Below, piece after piece: positions 42,751 through 52,626 of a stretch of 64,000 nt of DNA. The notes under the pieces are model-generated. The model searched no databases, had not been told where the DNA came from, and saw only the letters and a list, made by a program, of their open reading frames with translations. The DNA lies in NCBI GenBank assembly GCA_963823335.1, contig CAWGLD010000001.1:480001-544000 (forward strand). Reading direction: 5' to 3'. The DNA comes from an uncultured delta proteobacterium (lineage in GTDB: Bacteria > Desulfobacterota > Desulfobacteria > Desulfobacterales > B30-G6). The translations under genes were made by a program, and so were the position numbers. Positions within the stretch are counted from its first letter, which is position 1. Every line of letters begins with the position of its first letter.

Positions 42751-44337
42751 ATGCTGCGCGTATTTCAAAACGACCTGTATCTCCCGGGAGAGTTCATCAC
42801 CACCCTGGAACTGGTCCCGGGCAAAGACTCCTCGGGTCGATCCGTGGACACCGTCATGGGTATTGCCCGGGATTCATTTGCCGATGGCAGGCTTTCAGCC
42901 GTATCCATCACCGACAACCCCGGTGGCAATCCCTCCCTGAGCCCCGACGTTCTCGGACACGACATTTTCAAGGTCGGCATGGATGTCATCGTTCACTTTA
43001 CCTGCCGGGATATGAACCGGGTTGGAATGGAAAGCAGAGCGCTGCAACTTTCCATGATGGGCATGAAGAATCTGCTGGCCCTTACCGGAGATTACACCGG
43101 CAAGGGATTCGGCGGGCAGGGTGCGCCTGTCTTCGATCTTGATGCCGTTAATCTCCTGATGATGCTCGATCAACTCAGCCATCGCTTTCACGAGGCAGGA
43201 GATCCGGATGGTTTTTTTACGGGATGTGCCGTATCCCCGTTCAAGTACACCGAGGCGGAATGCTTTGCGCAATATGCCAAACTCTGCCGGAAAATTTCGG
43301 CCGGTGCGCGCTTTATCATTACCCAGCTCGGATATGATGCAAGAAAGTTTGCAGAACTGATGACGGTGTTAAAGCAGCTCGAAGTGACCCTGCCCGTATT
43401 CGGATCCATCTATCTTCTGACACCCCGATCGGCCAGGATCATGAATCAAGGCCTGGTGCCCGGTGCCGTCGTCACCGACAAACTTCTGGAAAGGGTAGTG
43501 GGCGAATGGCAGGATCCGAAAACCGGGCGCGCCAGGGCCATCGAACGGGCGGCCAAACTGGGTGCCATTCTCAAAGGCCTGGGCTATCAGGGGATGCACC
43601 TGGGTGGGGTTCACAAAACCTACGATGTGGTGGGCGATATCATCAGCCGTATGAAAGCCATCCAGGATCAATGGCGGACTTTTCTGCCGGAATTCGATCA
43701 TTCGCCCCCGGGTGGTTTTTTTATGTTTGCGGATAAATCATCCGGCAATCCGTCATCCAATGGATTTGAACATCGGCCGGCAACTCTCCCGCTGATGGAG
43801 AAAATTCAATATAGGCTGATGAAGTCCATGCACGACCGATTCTTCAACTTCGATTCAAAGCATGCCCGGACCATGGAAAAAGTCTGCCGATGGATCGTAG
43901 ACACCCCTACAGCTGAAAAAATGCTGGAATTTTTCGAAACTTCAGCCAAAAAGCTCCTGTTGAACTGCCAGCAGTGCGGTGACTGCGGCATCCAGCACCT
44001 GGCCTTTTTGTGCCCTGAATCCCAGTGTCCCAAACATACCCGCAACGGTGCCTGCGGCGGCAGTCGCGACGGCATGTGCGAAGTGCATCCGGACCGAAAC
44101 TGTGTCTGGGTGAGAACGTACCGCCGCATGGTTTTCAGCGGCTCCTGTCATGACCTGCTTTCAGGATGTGTGCCCCCCAGAATGTGGGAACTCAACCAGA
44201 CATCCTCCTGGTTGAATTTCCATCTCAAGCAGGATCACCAGAGCGTGTCCACCGGTCTTGGAAAACATTGCCGGATCGAGGCATGCCAGATGTCATTTTG
44301 TGAATATTACGGTAAAGCTATAAATGATAGGCTGTAG
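42751..44337 (+). CDS. metF: Methylenetetrahydrofolate reductase with fused C-terminal MetV-like Cys-rich domain
   Basis: HFTCRDMNR, ALTGD, ITQLGYD; CQQCGDC...CPK..RNGACGG...CEV...CVW. Confidence 0.85.
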   Translation: MLRVFQNDLYLPGEFITTLELVPGKDSSGRSVDTVMGIARDSFADGRLSAVSITDNPGGNPSLSPDVLGHDIFKVGMDVIVHFTCRDMNRVGMESRALQLSMMGMKNLLALTGDYTGKGFGGQGAPVFDLDAVNLLMMLDQLSHRFHEAGDPDGFFTGCAVSPFKYTEAECFAQYAKLCRKISAGARFIITQLGYDARKFAELMTVLKQLEVTLPVFGSIYLLTPRSARIMNQGLVPGAVVTDKLLERVVGEWQDPKTGRARAIERAAKLGAILKGLGYQGMHLGGVHKTYDVVGDIISRMKAIQDQWRTFLPEFDHSPPGGFFMFADKSSGNPSSNGFEHRPATLPLMEKIQYRLMKSMHDRFFNFDSKHARTMEKVCRWIVDTPTAEKMLEFFETSAKKLLLNCQQCGDCGIQHLAFLCPESQCPKHTRNGACGGSRDGMCEVHPDRNCVWVRTYRRMVFSGSCHDLLSGCVPPRMWELNQTSSWLNFHLKQDHQSVSTGLGKHCRIEACQMSFCEYYGKAINDRL

Positions 44338-44547
44338 GGGGTTAGGCTATAGACTGTTAGGTACCAGGCGCCCTCCGCCGTCAGCCACCCTCGAACCCTA
44401 CAAACTTGGTTGCTTTGTTCATTGTGTTCTTCGGGTTTATTGTGTTGCCTAAGGCCGTCGGTATAGGCCTTCAACTCGTTTCCGTTTCATCAACCCAATG
44501 AACCCAAGAAACGCAACAAACCCTATTTTCCTCAAACCCTTGAACCC

Positions 44548-47500
44548 TTATTCCTCCCCCTCCTTCACTGCCGTTTCCTTTTTGCCGTAAAGCAGAAAAT
44601 AGACGACCGGTATCAGCAGCAGGGTAAAGGCCGTGGAAACGATCATGCCGAAGATGATGGACCATGCCAGCCCGCTGAAAATGGGATCCAGGGTAATGGG
44701 CCAGGCACCCAGGGTCGTGGTGCCGGCTGTCAGGAATATGGGTCGGAAACGAACGGCACCGGACTCCACAATGGCATCCACCAGGGCGCTTCCCCGCCTG
44801 ACCTGGACCCGGATAAAGTCGATCAGGATGATGGCATTCCGAACCACGATACCGCTCAGGGCGATCATACCGATCATGGCTGTAGCGGTAAAGAAGACCG
44901 GATTTGCAAAACCGCCCACAGGCTGGTTTACGATGATATTGAGAAGTGCAAACCCCGGCATGATCCCGATCATGGTCAATGGAATCGAAAGCATGATCAC
45001 CACCGGTATCAGGTAGGATGCGGTTTCATAGACCAGCAGCACATAAATGCCCACCAGAGCGGCTGAAAAAGCCAGACCCAGATCACGGAAAACATCCAGG
45101 GTGATCTTCCATTCGCCCTCTCCGCCCCAATCCAATCGTATACCGGACGGCAGCGGGTTTTCCTTGAAGTGTTTCTGGAGTTCCAGCACGGCATAGGCAG
45201 GGCCCCTGCCGGCCATCTCAGCCGTTACATAAACGACACGTTCCTGGTTCTTGTGGTAAATCGATTTGTCCTGAAGTGTTTCTTCGAAGCGACCCAGCTC
45301 TCCCAGTTGAACCCTGTTCCCGCTACGACCCATCACGGCAATGGTCTTTAGACGCGCGATGTCCGATCTGGCCTTCCTGGAAAGACGCAGTACAATGGGC
45401 AGTTCATTCTGTTCCGTCTCCAGATGCACGATCCCGGCCGGCATGCCATCCAGGGCGATCTTGAGCGTCTTGACGATATCCGCGGTGGAAATACCGTTGA
45501 GACCTGCTTTTTCGCGATCCACCCGAAAGAAATACTTGCGCAGGTTCGCTTCCACCATATCGTCGACGTCCACGACCCCGTCTGTCTGAGTCATGCGCTC
45601 CTTGACCTTCCAGGCAGCCTGGATCAGGTCATCATAGGTGTGATGCGGTTGCCCGTATACCTCGGCGACGAGGGTGGAAAGAACCGGCGGACCGGGTGGT
45701 GCCTCCACCAGCTTGATACTCACACCGGTCGCCTGGGCAATCGCCTGCATGTCTTTGCGAATTCTCAGGACCATGGCATGGCTCGACATCTCGCGCTCAT
45801 CCCGGTGCAGCAGGTTGACCCGGATATCGGCTACGTTGGCACCCTCCCTGAGGTAGTAATGACGCACCAGCCCGTTGAAATCCATGGGCGAGGCCGCGCC
45901 GACCGTGGTGGTATAGTTGGTGACTTCCGGCATGGCCATGAGGACTTTTTCCACCCTGCGGACCACGGCCTCGGTCGCTTCCAGGGTGGTTCCCTCCGGC
46001 GGATCGATGAGCACCTGAAATTCGTTCTTGTTGTCAAAAGGCAACATCTTCAGGGGCACATGTCCTGTGAGTGCCAGCGCTATGGATATGAAAAACAGGA
46101 TGGCGATCACCAAAAGGAGCAGAAGACTCTTGGCCTTTGAGTTGACAAAAGGAAGAATGATCCGGCGGTATATTCGGTAATTGGTGGTCTTGGTGAGATC
46201 GTAGGGTTCCTGGTCGGCAGTCTCCTGTTTCAACAGCTTGGCCGAAACCCAGGGAGTGATGGCAAAGGAAACGACCATGGACATGAGCATGGCCAGAGGC
46301 ACATTCAAGGCCATGGGGCGCATATAGGGTCCCATCATGCCGGTAATGAAAAACAGGGGCAGAAAGGAGACAATAATGGCCAGGGTCGCCAGGATTACCG
46401 GCGGCATGACCTCGTTGATGGCGATGGAAATGGCTTCCAGTTTCTTGCGACCCCCCATGGTCAGGTGCCGGTAGATATTTTCCACGCTCACGATGGGATC
46501 GTCCACCACGAGTCCCAGGGCCAGAATGAGGGCAAAAAGTGTCACCCGGTTGATGGTGTAACCGAACAGGTAATTGAAAATGAGAACCAGGGAATAGGTG
46601 ATGGGTACGGCAATGGCCACAATGGTTCCGGTACGCCACCCCATGTAAAAGGTAATCAGTGCAATCACGGTAATAATTGCCTCCCCAAGGCTTTTGACCA
46701 GGCTGTTGACCTTGTCGTTGGCGGTCTCTCCGTAATTTCGTGTGATCTGGTAGCTTACGTTGTGGGGTAGCACGTTCTGCTTCAGGTCCTGCATGCTTTT
46801 TTCGATTTGCCTGGCAACCCAGACCGCATTGCTCCCTTTTTTCTTGGCTATCGCGATGGTAACCGCCGGGAATGTGTCGTTGCCCGACACCTTCTGGCCA
46901 TCCTTTGCGTGGGCTGCTCCGAAACCGATACGGCTGTAGGAGAGAACCTCCTCGGGACCATCCTGCACCTTTGCCACATCCCGCAGATAGACAGGTCTGC
47001 CCTGGTACAGGGTAACAAGCAGGTTCTCGATCTCCTGGATACTCTTGACAAAGGGGCCTGCTTCGACCCGAATCACCTGATTGGCTTTTTCATATTCGCC
47101 GCTCTGCATCTGGGTGTTGGACACCTGAACAGCTCCGGCAACTTCCATGGCGGAAAGACCGTATGCCGCCAGACGTTCCGGGTCCAGATACACATAGGCC
47201 ACACGTTTTCTGCCACCGTGCACACTGATTCTGGCACTGTCGGGAATGTGCTGCAGTTTACCGACGACCTCTTCGGCAACACGGTACAGGTTGTGATCGT
47301 CCAGCACATCGCTGTAGAGGGTCACATTGACGATGGGAACGTCGTCGATTTCAATGGGCTTGATGATCCATCCGGCGATCCCGGGTGTCACCTGATCCAT
47401 GTTCTGGCTGATCTTGTTGTAGAGTTTGATGAGACTCTCTTCACGATTCTGCCCCACATGGAATCGAACCGTGACAACAGCCATCTCCGGACGCGACATG

Positions 47501-47766
47501 GAATAAACATATTCGACACCGTCGATTTGATAAAGAAGCCGTTCGAGCCGGGCGGAAACCAGTTTTTCCACCTCTTCGGCACTGCCTCCTGGATAGGCAA
47601 TCATTACATCGGCCAGGGGCACGACGATCTGGGGCTCTTCTTCACGGGACGTAACGGCCAGAGCCACCACACCGGCCAGGAGACTGATGATAATCAGCAG
47701 AATGGCCAGGTTGCCCTTTAGAAAGGATTCGATGATACTGGACAGTGCCGATGGTTTGTGTTCCAT
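44548..47766 (-). CDS. RND efflux permease
   Basis: 1072 aa, GLVVDDPIV, RFRPIFLT. Confidence 0.95.
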   Translation of the reverse strand: MEHKPSALSSIIESFLKGNLAILLIIISLLAGVVALAVTSREEEPQIVVPLADVMIAYPGGSAEEVEKLVSARLERLLYQIDGVEYVYSMSRPEMAVVTVRFHVGQNREESLIKLYNKISQNMDQVTPGIAGWIIKPIEIDDVPIVNVTLYSDVLDDHNLYRVAEEVVGKLQHIPDSARISVHGGRKRVAYVYLDPERLAAYGLSAMEVAGAVQVSNTQMQSGEYEKANQVIRVEAGPFVKSIQEIENLLVTLYQGRPVYLRDVAKVQDGPEEVLSYSRIGFGAAHAKDGQKVSGNDTFPAVTIAIAKKKGSNAVWVARQIEKSMQDLKQNVLPHNVSYQITRNYGETANDKVNSLVKSLGEAIITVIALITFYMGWRTGTIVAIAVPITYSLVLIFNYLFGYTINRVTLFALILALGLVVDDPIVSVENIYRHLTMGGRKKLEAISIAINEVMPPVILATLAIIVSFLPLFFITGMMGPYMRPMALNVPLAMLMSMVVSFAITPWVSAKLLKQETADQEPYDLTKTTNYRIYRRIILPFVNSKAKSLLLLLVIAILFFISIALALTGHVPLKMLPFDNKNEFQVLIDPPEGTTLEATEAVVRRVEKVLMAMPEVTNYTTTVGAASPMDFNGLVRHYYLREGANVADIRVNLLHRDEREMSSHAMVLRIRKDMQAIAQATGVSIKLVEAPPGPPVLSTLVAEVYGQPHHTYDDLIQAAWKVKERMTQTDGVVDVDDMVEANLRKYFFRVDREKAGLNGISTADIVKTLKIALDGMPAGIVHLETEQNELPIVLRLSRKARSDIARLKTIAVMGRSGNRVQLGELGRFEETLQDKSIYHKNQERVVYVTAEMAGRGPAYAVLELQKHFKENPLPSGIRLDWGGEGEWKITLDVFRDLGLAFSAALVGIYVLLVYETASYLIPVVIMLSIPLTMIGIMPGFALLNIIVNQPVGGFANPVFFTATAMIGMIALSGIVVRNAIILIDFIRVQVRRGSALVDAIVESGAVRFRPIFLTAGTTTLGAWPITLDPIFSGLAWSIIFGMIVSTAFTLLLIPVVYFLLYGKKETAVKEGEE

Positions 47767-48828
47767 TTACGAAGCCTCCTTCAAAGGGAAGATCAGAATG
47801 ACATCCCCCTGTGACAGTCCGGACAAAATTTCGATCTTTTCCCCGAAAGAGGGACCCGATTTCACCATCCGTCGCACAACCCGTTTATCCTGGACAAGAT
47901 GGACCATCTCCAGCTGTCCCGAAAGGATAATGGCACTCGCCGGCACCAGAACAGCCGGATGGGGGTCTTCGAACACCCATACACGGCCGAATGTACCCGG
48001 AAGGATATCCTTTTTTTTGTTGTCGATGTGGACTTTGATCTCCTGGGTGCGGCTTAACGGATCCACAGCGCTGACGATTTCAGACACCCGGCCCGTGAAA
48101 GGCCGGTTCGGCCGGTCAAGACTGATTTCCACTGTCTGTCCAAGGGACAACTTCTCGATCAGGCGGACCGGGACCGGGACCTCCAAGCGCATGTTGATGG
48201 GATCGTAGACACTCAACAGGGTATGACCGGGATTGGCCAGATCGCCCTTTTCCACCCGCCTGTCCGTGATGATACCGTCGATGGGGGATTTAATCAGGGT
48301 ATAGGTGAGCATGACGTCTATTTCAGCCACCTGGGACTGGGCAGTGTTGTACATGGACTCCGCTGCGGTCAGGGACTGTTCCGTGGCAGCCTTCTGTTTA
48401 TAAAGAGACAGGGTCCTGTTGTATTCCGTGCGGGATTGTTTGAGTTGGATGTTGGCCGATGCCAGTTTTTCCCGTATTTCGCGACTGTCCAGCTCGATAA
48501 GCACCTGCCCCTTCTTGACCGGCTGGCCAGCCGACACAGAAATACTGCTGACATAGGCACTGATCCGCGCGTTTAGGTGTACGCTTTCTTCCGAAGCAAC
48601 CGTTCCCACCACATCGATTTTCGCCGCAACCGGCTCCATTTCAACGGTGTATGTCTGGGCATTTTCGGGCAAGGGTTTCCCGACCACGAGGTCGAGCTTG
48701 CCTGCGGCCGTTTTTGTGTGAAACACGCCCCCGGTCCAGGCGATCAACAGCACCAGAACTACGATGGAAACCGGCCATTTCAAAAAGCGTATCACCCTGC
48801 TTCCTTTACCTTTTTTATGCTCAGACAT
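47767..48828 (-). CDS. RND periplasmic adaptor (MFP)
   Basis: IKSPIDG, LPGTFGRV. Confidence 0.9.
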   Translation of the reverse strand: MSEHKKGKGSRVIRFLKWPVSIVVLVLLIAWTGGVFHTKTAAGKLDLVVGKPLPENAQTYTVEMEPVAAKIDVVGTVASEESVHLNARISAYVSSISVSAGQPVKKGQVLIELDSREIREKLASANIQLKQSRTEYNRTLSLYKQKAATEQSLTAAESMYNTAQSQVAEIDVMLTYTLIKSPIDGIITDRRVEKGDLANPGHTLLSVYDPINMRLEVPVPVRLIEKLSLGQTVEISLDRPNRPFTGRVSEIVSAVDPLSRTQEIKVHIDNKKKDILPGTFGRVWVFEDPHPAVLVPASAIILSGQLEMVHLVQDKRVVRRMVKSGPSFGEKIEILSGLSQGDVILIFPLKEAS

Positions 48829-48855
48829 GTTCTCCCCCTGTTGACGCCTTCGAAT

Positions 48856-49030
48856 GACATTTGCCTTTCAGGCGTCATTTGTTCTATCGAACGACATTTG
48901 CGCTACGCGCGACATTTCGCCTTCGGCTGTCATTAGCCCTTCGGGCGAGATTAGCGCTGCGCGCGAGATTTATTGTTGCTCATAGCTGATAGCTGGAAGC
49001 TACGATAAATGACACGAAGCGAATGACATT
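48856..49030. repeat. Mini-hairpin array 4
   Basis: Six hairpin units joined by gacatt/gtcatt/gagatt, plus tail. Confidence 0.85.
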
Positions 49031-49072
49031 TCTTCCCCTCCAACCCTTGTATCCCCCTCGAACCCTTGTACC

Positions 49073-50428
49073 CTACTTCATATAGCGCTCCACCCCCAGC
49101 CCCCGGGCCCTGTCATAATTTGAGAGCGCTGTCAGATAATCGTAATATGCAGCGACACTCCTGGTTTTCTGGGCCGTCAATCCTACTTGAGCGGTCAGCA
49201 GCACCGTAATCTCCGCCGCGCCTTGCTTGTACATCTCAGAGGTAATGCGCAGTGCTTCGGCGGCACTCTCGATACTCTTTTCACTCACCTCCAGCCGCTC
49301 CCAGGCATCCATGGCTTTGAGATATGCCTGGTGGAGATCCAACCGAAGTTCGTTGCGGGCTTTAAGGGTCTCATTTTGGGCTGTCTGCCACTCGGCCCTG
49401 GCGACCCTTGCCTTATTCTGTCGCTGATAACCATCAAAAAATTCCCACTCCGCCATGACACCCATGAGATAACTGTTTTCAAATTCCGCAAAATCACCAC
49501 TGTCAACATCATAGGAGCCGAAAGCACTCATGGTGGGACGATTTTCACGGGAAATTTTTTCGTAGGACTGTTCCTTGATGTTGGACATGCTATGGGTGGC
49601 TTTCAATTCTGGCCGATTCTCGAGAACACTGAAGTCGAGCGCATCAGGCTTTTTCCGAATTGCTTCCCGGGCCGGAACCGAGATCCCACTGGAGAAAATC
49701 AAATCCGAGCCAATGGCCGTGTTCAAGGACGCAATTGCGAGCCGGACCCCATTCTTGACCCGGATGGTGTCCTCTCGCGCCTGGGCCAGCTTTACCTCCA
49801 GATTCAGCACATCGGTCTTGACCGCAGATCCCGCGTTGAAACGCGCCGTCGCAACCCTGAAACTTTCCTCAAGGCTTTTCACCGACTCCTCCTGTACAGC
49901 CACAAAGGACTGGGCCTGCAACACACCGTAATACCCCCGGGTCACCTGGTGGATCAGTTCGTTTTGGACTGCCCGCAGACCCATTTCCCGCAATTGTTTG
50001 CTCTCTTTCGCCATCCGGACCTGGATTGTTCTGACACCGCCATCATAAATCTGGTACTTCAAACCAAGGGAAAGCCGCACATTGTCGGTATGGTCTGGAT
50101 CATTCGGGTCAAATCCCGCTTGCGCCATATCAAGATCTTTCTGGTTGAGTGACATCATAAATGCCTGGGGAGGATTGTCGGTCACGGAATAGGCACCCGA
50201 AAGGTACAGGCGTGGGTAGTAAGCCGATTCCGCATGCTGGATCATGTATTTGGCTTCGTTTATACGGGTGATGCCCGCCTGAATCCCCGGGTTGTTCTCG
50301 AGAGCGGTTTTGATACATGTCTCAAGTGTCACCGCCTGACTCGATAGTGCCAGACCGAGAACCATCGCCAGGACCAATGCAATGCCCAGAAGACAGCGAC
50401 AAGATCGTCGAAGCATCCCTTCCTTCAT
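49073..50428 (-). CDS. TolC family outer membrane protein
   Basis: Signal peptide, ALENNP, two TolC repeats; start placed at ATG 50428. Confidence 0.9.
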   Translation of the reverse strand: MKEGMLRRSCRCLLGIALVLAMVLGLALSSQAVTLETCIKTALENNPGIQAGITRINEAKYMIQHAESAYYPRLYLSGAYSVTDNPPQAFMMSLNQKDLDMAQAGFDPNDPDHTDNVRLSLGLKYQIYDGGVRTIQVRMAKESKQLREMGLRAVQNELIHQVTRGYYGVLQAQSFVAVQEESVKSLEESFRVATARFNAGSAVKTDVLNLEVKLAQAREDTIRVKNGVRLAIASLNTAIGSDLIFSSGISVPAREAIRKKPDALDFSVLENRPELKATHSMSNIKEQSYEKISRENRPTMSAFGSYDVDSGDFAEFENSYLMGVMAEWEFFDGYQRQNKARVARAEWQTAQNETLKARNELRLDLHQAYLKAMDAWERLEVSEKSIESAAEALRITSEMYKQGAAEITVLLTAQVGLTAQKTRSVAAYYDYLTALSNYDRARGLGVERYMK

Positions 50429-50461
50429 GTGTCTCTCCCTTTGTTTTTGCAGCTCTAAGCC

Positions 50462-50477
50462 GCAAGTTAAGTGCCAA
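50462..50477 (-). promoter_or_regulatory. sigma54 -24/-12 promoter
   Basis: TTGGCACTTAACTTGC, exact TGGCAC-N5-TTGC consensus. Confidence 0.85.
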
Positions 50478-50523
50478 AATAAAAAAACAACCGCTGTTCT
50501 GACAGCCCCATGGGCAAACCTGT

Positions 50524-50750
50524 TCAAAGGGGTCTCTTAGACCCTGGTTTCAGTGGAATATCCCATTTTTTGATATACTTCCATATGGCTGTTCGACTCA
50601 GACCCACCCGTCTGGCAACCTCTGCCTTGTTCCAGTTCACGAACATTTCCAGGCCAGGTGTGATCCATGAAGCGCCGCAGGGCGGTCTGGGAGAGACGTT
50701 GGATCTTTTTGTTCGTTTTTTTGTTATGCTGGGTGATTAAATGGTTTGTG
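50524..50750 (-). pseudogene. Remnant of a sigma54 enhancer-binding protein (lid plus HTH, frameshifted)
   Basis: ALRRFMDHTWPGNVRELE in one frame, WNKAEVARRVGLSRTAIWKYIKK in the next. Confidence 0.85.
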
Positions 50751-50768
50751 TCATTATCACCTGCCTGA

Positions 50769-50907
50769 ATTGAACCCTAACAGCGAGCACGTGCCCCATG
50801 GGTTCTGTCTGCAGCAGAGCTTGCATGTCGCGGGGCTGGCGAGCGAATCTGAAATTAAAGAATTTCTTAGGGTCGAAGAATCCCGCAGATTGCTGTGAGT
50901 TTCTTCA
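50769..50907 (+). repeat. Degenerate copy of TTGAACC...TTCTTCA element
   Basis: Colinear with 59979..60124. Confidence 0.75.
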
Positions 50908-51117
50908 TGGTTACGAAAAAAAACAGTTGGTGACGTTACCAAACGCTTAGTGAACACCATAAAACCAAACAAGGTTTTTGTCAATTCCTGATTATCTTTT
51001 GAGAAGCACTTGACAACAGGAGAGACTTCTGAATAATTACCTTTCTCAAATTAAGGATCGAGCATCACGCCAATTTATGAACCGAAAAAGTCAGCGCATT
51101 CTCCGTAGGATCACGCC

Positions 51118-52569
51118 ATGATACTTCCCGTCGAGTGGAAAACAGGTCTCCAGTTACTGCCCAAAGATGACCTCATCAAAATTCACGAGGCCAGTCTGCA
51201 GATACTGGAACATACCGGTATGGCCATGCCCCTGGGGGAAAACCGCCTCAACGATCTTGCGGATTTTGGATTGCTGGTGGACCGTAAGACAAATAGGGTC
51301 CGTTTTCCGTCACACATCGTGGAAAGCGCCATCCAACACGCACCTGATTCGTATATCCTCCACGCCAGAAACCCGGAACACGACCTTGTTCTGGACGGGC
51401 ACCACGGATATCTCTGCCTGGACGGCACCGGTCTCAAGGTAAAGAATCTGGATTCCGGCCTGATTAACAAATCCACATACAAGGATCTGGCCGACGCTGC
51501 ACGGGTAGCCGATTTTCTGCCCCAGATTTCCTTTTTGTGGCCCTGCGTCAGCGCCCAGGACCGGCCTTCGGCAACCCAGGCTCTTCACGAGCTGCATGCC
51601 CTGATGCACAATTCCGGAAAGCACATCCAGGCCATGACCGCCGTAAGCCCCCTGACAGCCAAAGGCACGGTAGAAATGGCTGCCGCGGTCGTCGGTGGCA
51701 AAGCCTCCTTGAAAAAAAGACCGATCATCTCCAATTTCCAATCCACCATCAGTCCCTTGACCTGCAGTGCCAGGGGCATGGAGTCGGCCCTGATCTTTGC
51801 AGAGGCCGGTGTTCCCGTCGGCTTTGTGACCATGCAGATCGGTTGTGCCACCGCACCGGCCACCCTGGCCGGCAATATTGCCCTGGGAAACGCGGAAATC
51901 CTGGCCGGCATCACATTTCTGCAGCTTTTTTATCCTGGAACACCCTGCTTCTACGGATCGTATGCCACCATGATGGATCTGAAAACCGGTGGTATGACCG
52001 GTGGCAACCCCGAAGACTTTCTGTTACAGGCGGCTGCCATTCAACTGGCACGACATTACAGACTGCCCATCACCATCGGGACCTATGGGACGGGCGCCGT
52101 GAGCGACGATTGGCGAAGTGGTGTTGAAAATGCCATCTCCGGGGCCGTGAGCCTGTTTGCGAGAGGAGACATGCTCTGTGGGGCGGGTCTGTTGGATTGT
52201 GCCACGATTTTCTCTTTTGAACAACTGATCAAGGATTGCGAGATATACGACATCTTGAGAATCGTCAGCAGCGGTATATCCGTTACACCGGAAACCCTCG
52301 CCCTTGACGACATTCATGCCACGGGGCCTGAAAACCACTACATGATCAGCGATCACACCCTGAAGCACATGCATGAAATCTGGCAACCCACGGTCAAGGG
52401 ACGCCCCGCTGTCAACACACCCTCATACCCGGGTGCCTCTGAATCTGGCGCCACCGCTGCAGAAAAAGCCCGGGAAATTTTAAAGAACCACGTCCCCATT
52501 CCCCTGGACAATGCCGATCAGGTCCAGGAAATTCTCGACGCCTACGACCGCCTGGCAATGGAAACATAA
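51118..52569 (+). CDS. MttB-superfamily methyltransferase, non-pyrrolysine
   Basis: IHEASLQILE, ISPL, ATAPATLAG, GAGLL, LALDDI...GP; no in-frame TAG. Confidence 0.9.
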   Translation: MILPVEWKTGLQLLPKDDLIKIHEASLQILEHTGMAMPLGENRLNDLADFGLLVDRKTNRVRFPSHIVESAIQHAPDSYILHARNPEHDLVLDGHHGYLCLDGTGLKVKNLDSGLINKSTYKDLADAARVADFLPQISFLWPCVSAQDRPSATQALHELHALMHNSGKHIQAMTAVSPLTAKGTVEMAAAVVGGKASLKKRPIISNFQSTISPLTCSARGMESALIFAEAGVPVGFVTMQIGCATAPATLAGNIALGNAEILAGITFLQLFYPGTPCFYGSYATMMDLKTGGMTGGNPEDFLLQAAAIQLARHYRLPITIGTYGTGAVSDDWRSGVENAISGAVSLFARGDMLCGAGLLDCATIFSFEQLIKDCEIYDILRIVSSGISVTPETLALDDIHATGPENHYMISDHTLKHMHEIWQPTVKGRPAVNTPSYPGASESGATAAEKAREILKNHVPIPLDNADQVQEILDAYDRLAMET

Positions 52570-52626
52570 ACCCAGATTTCTTTTGAAAATAATATTTCAC
52601 AGGCAATCTGGATTAGCGGAACGGGT

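Noticed and set aside
50490-50535. gggcaaacc...aaagg as a c-di-GMP-I riboswitch
   Set aside because: The second stem and GCAAA linker are missing; the region is explained by the pseudogene end and sigma54 promoter.
51118-52569. Pyrrolysine or selenocysteine recoding
   Set aside because: MttB is uninterrupted and no split ORF suggesting TAG/TGA readthrough was seen.
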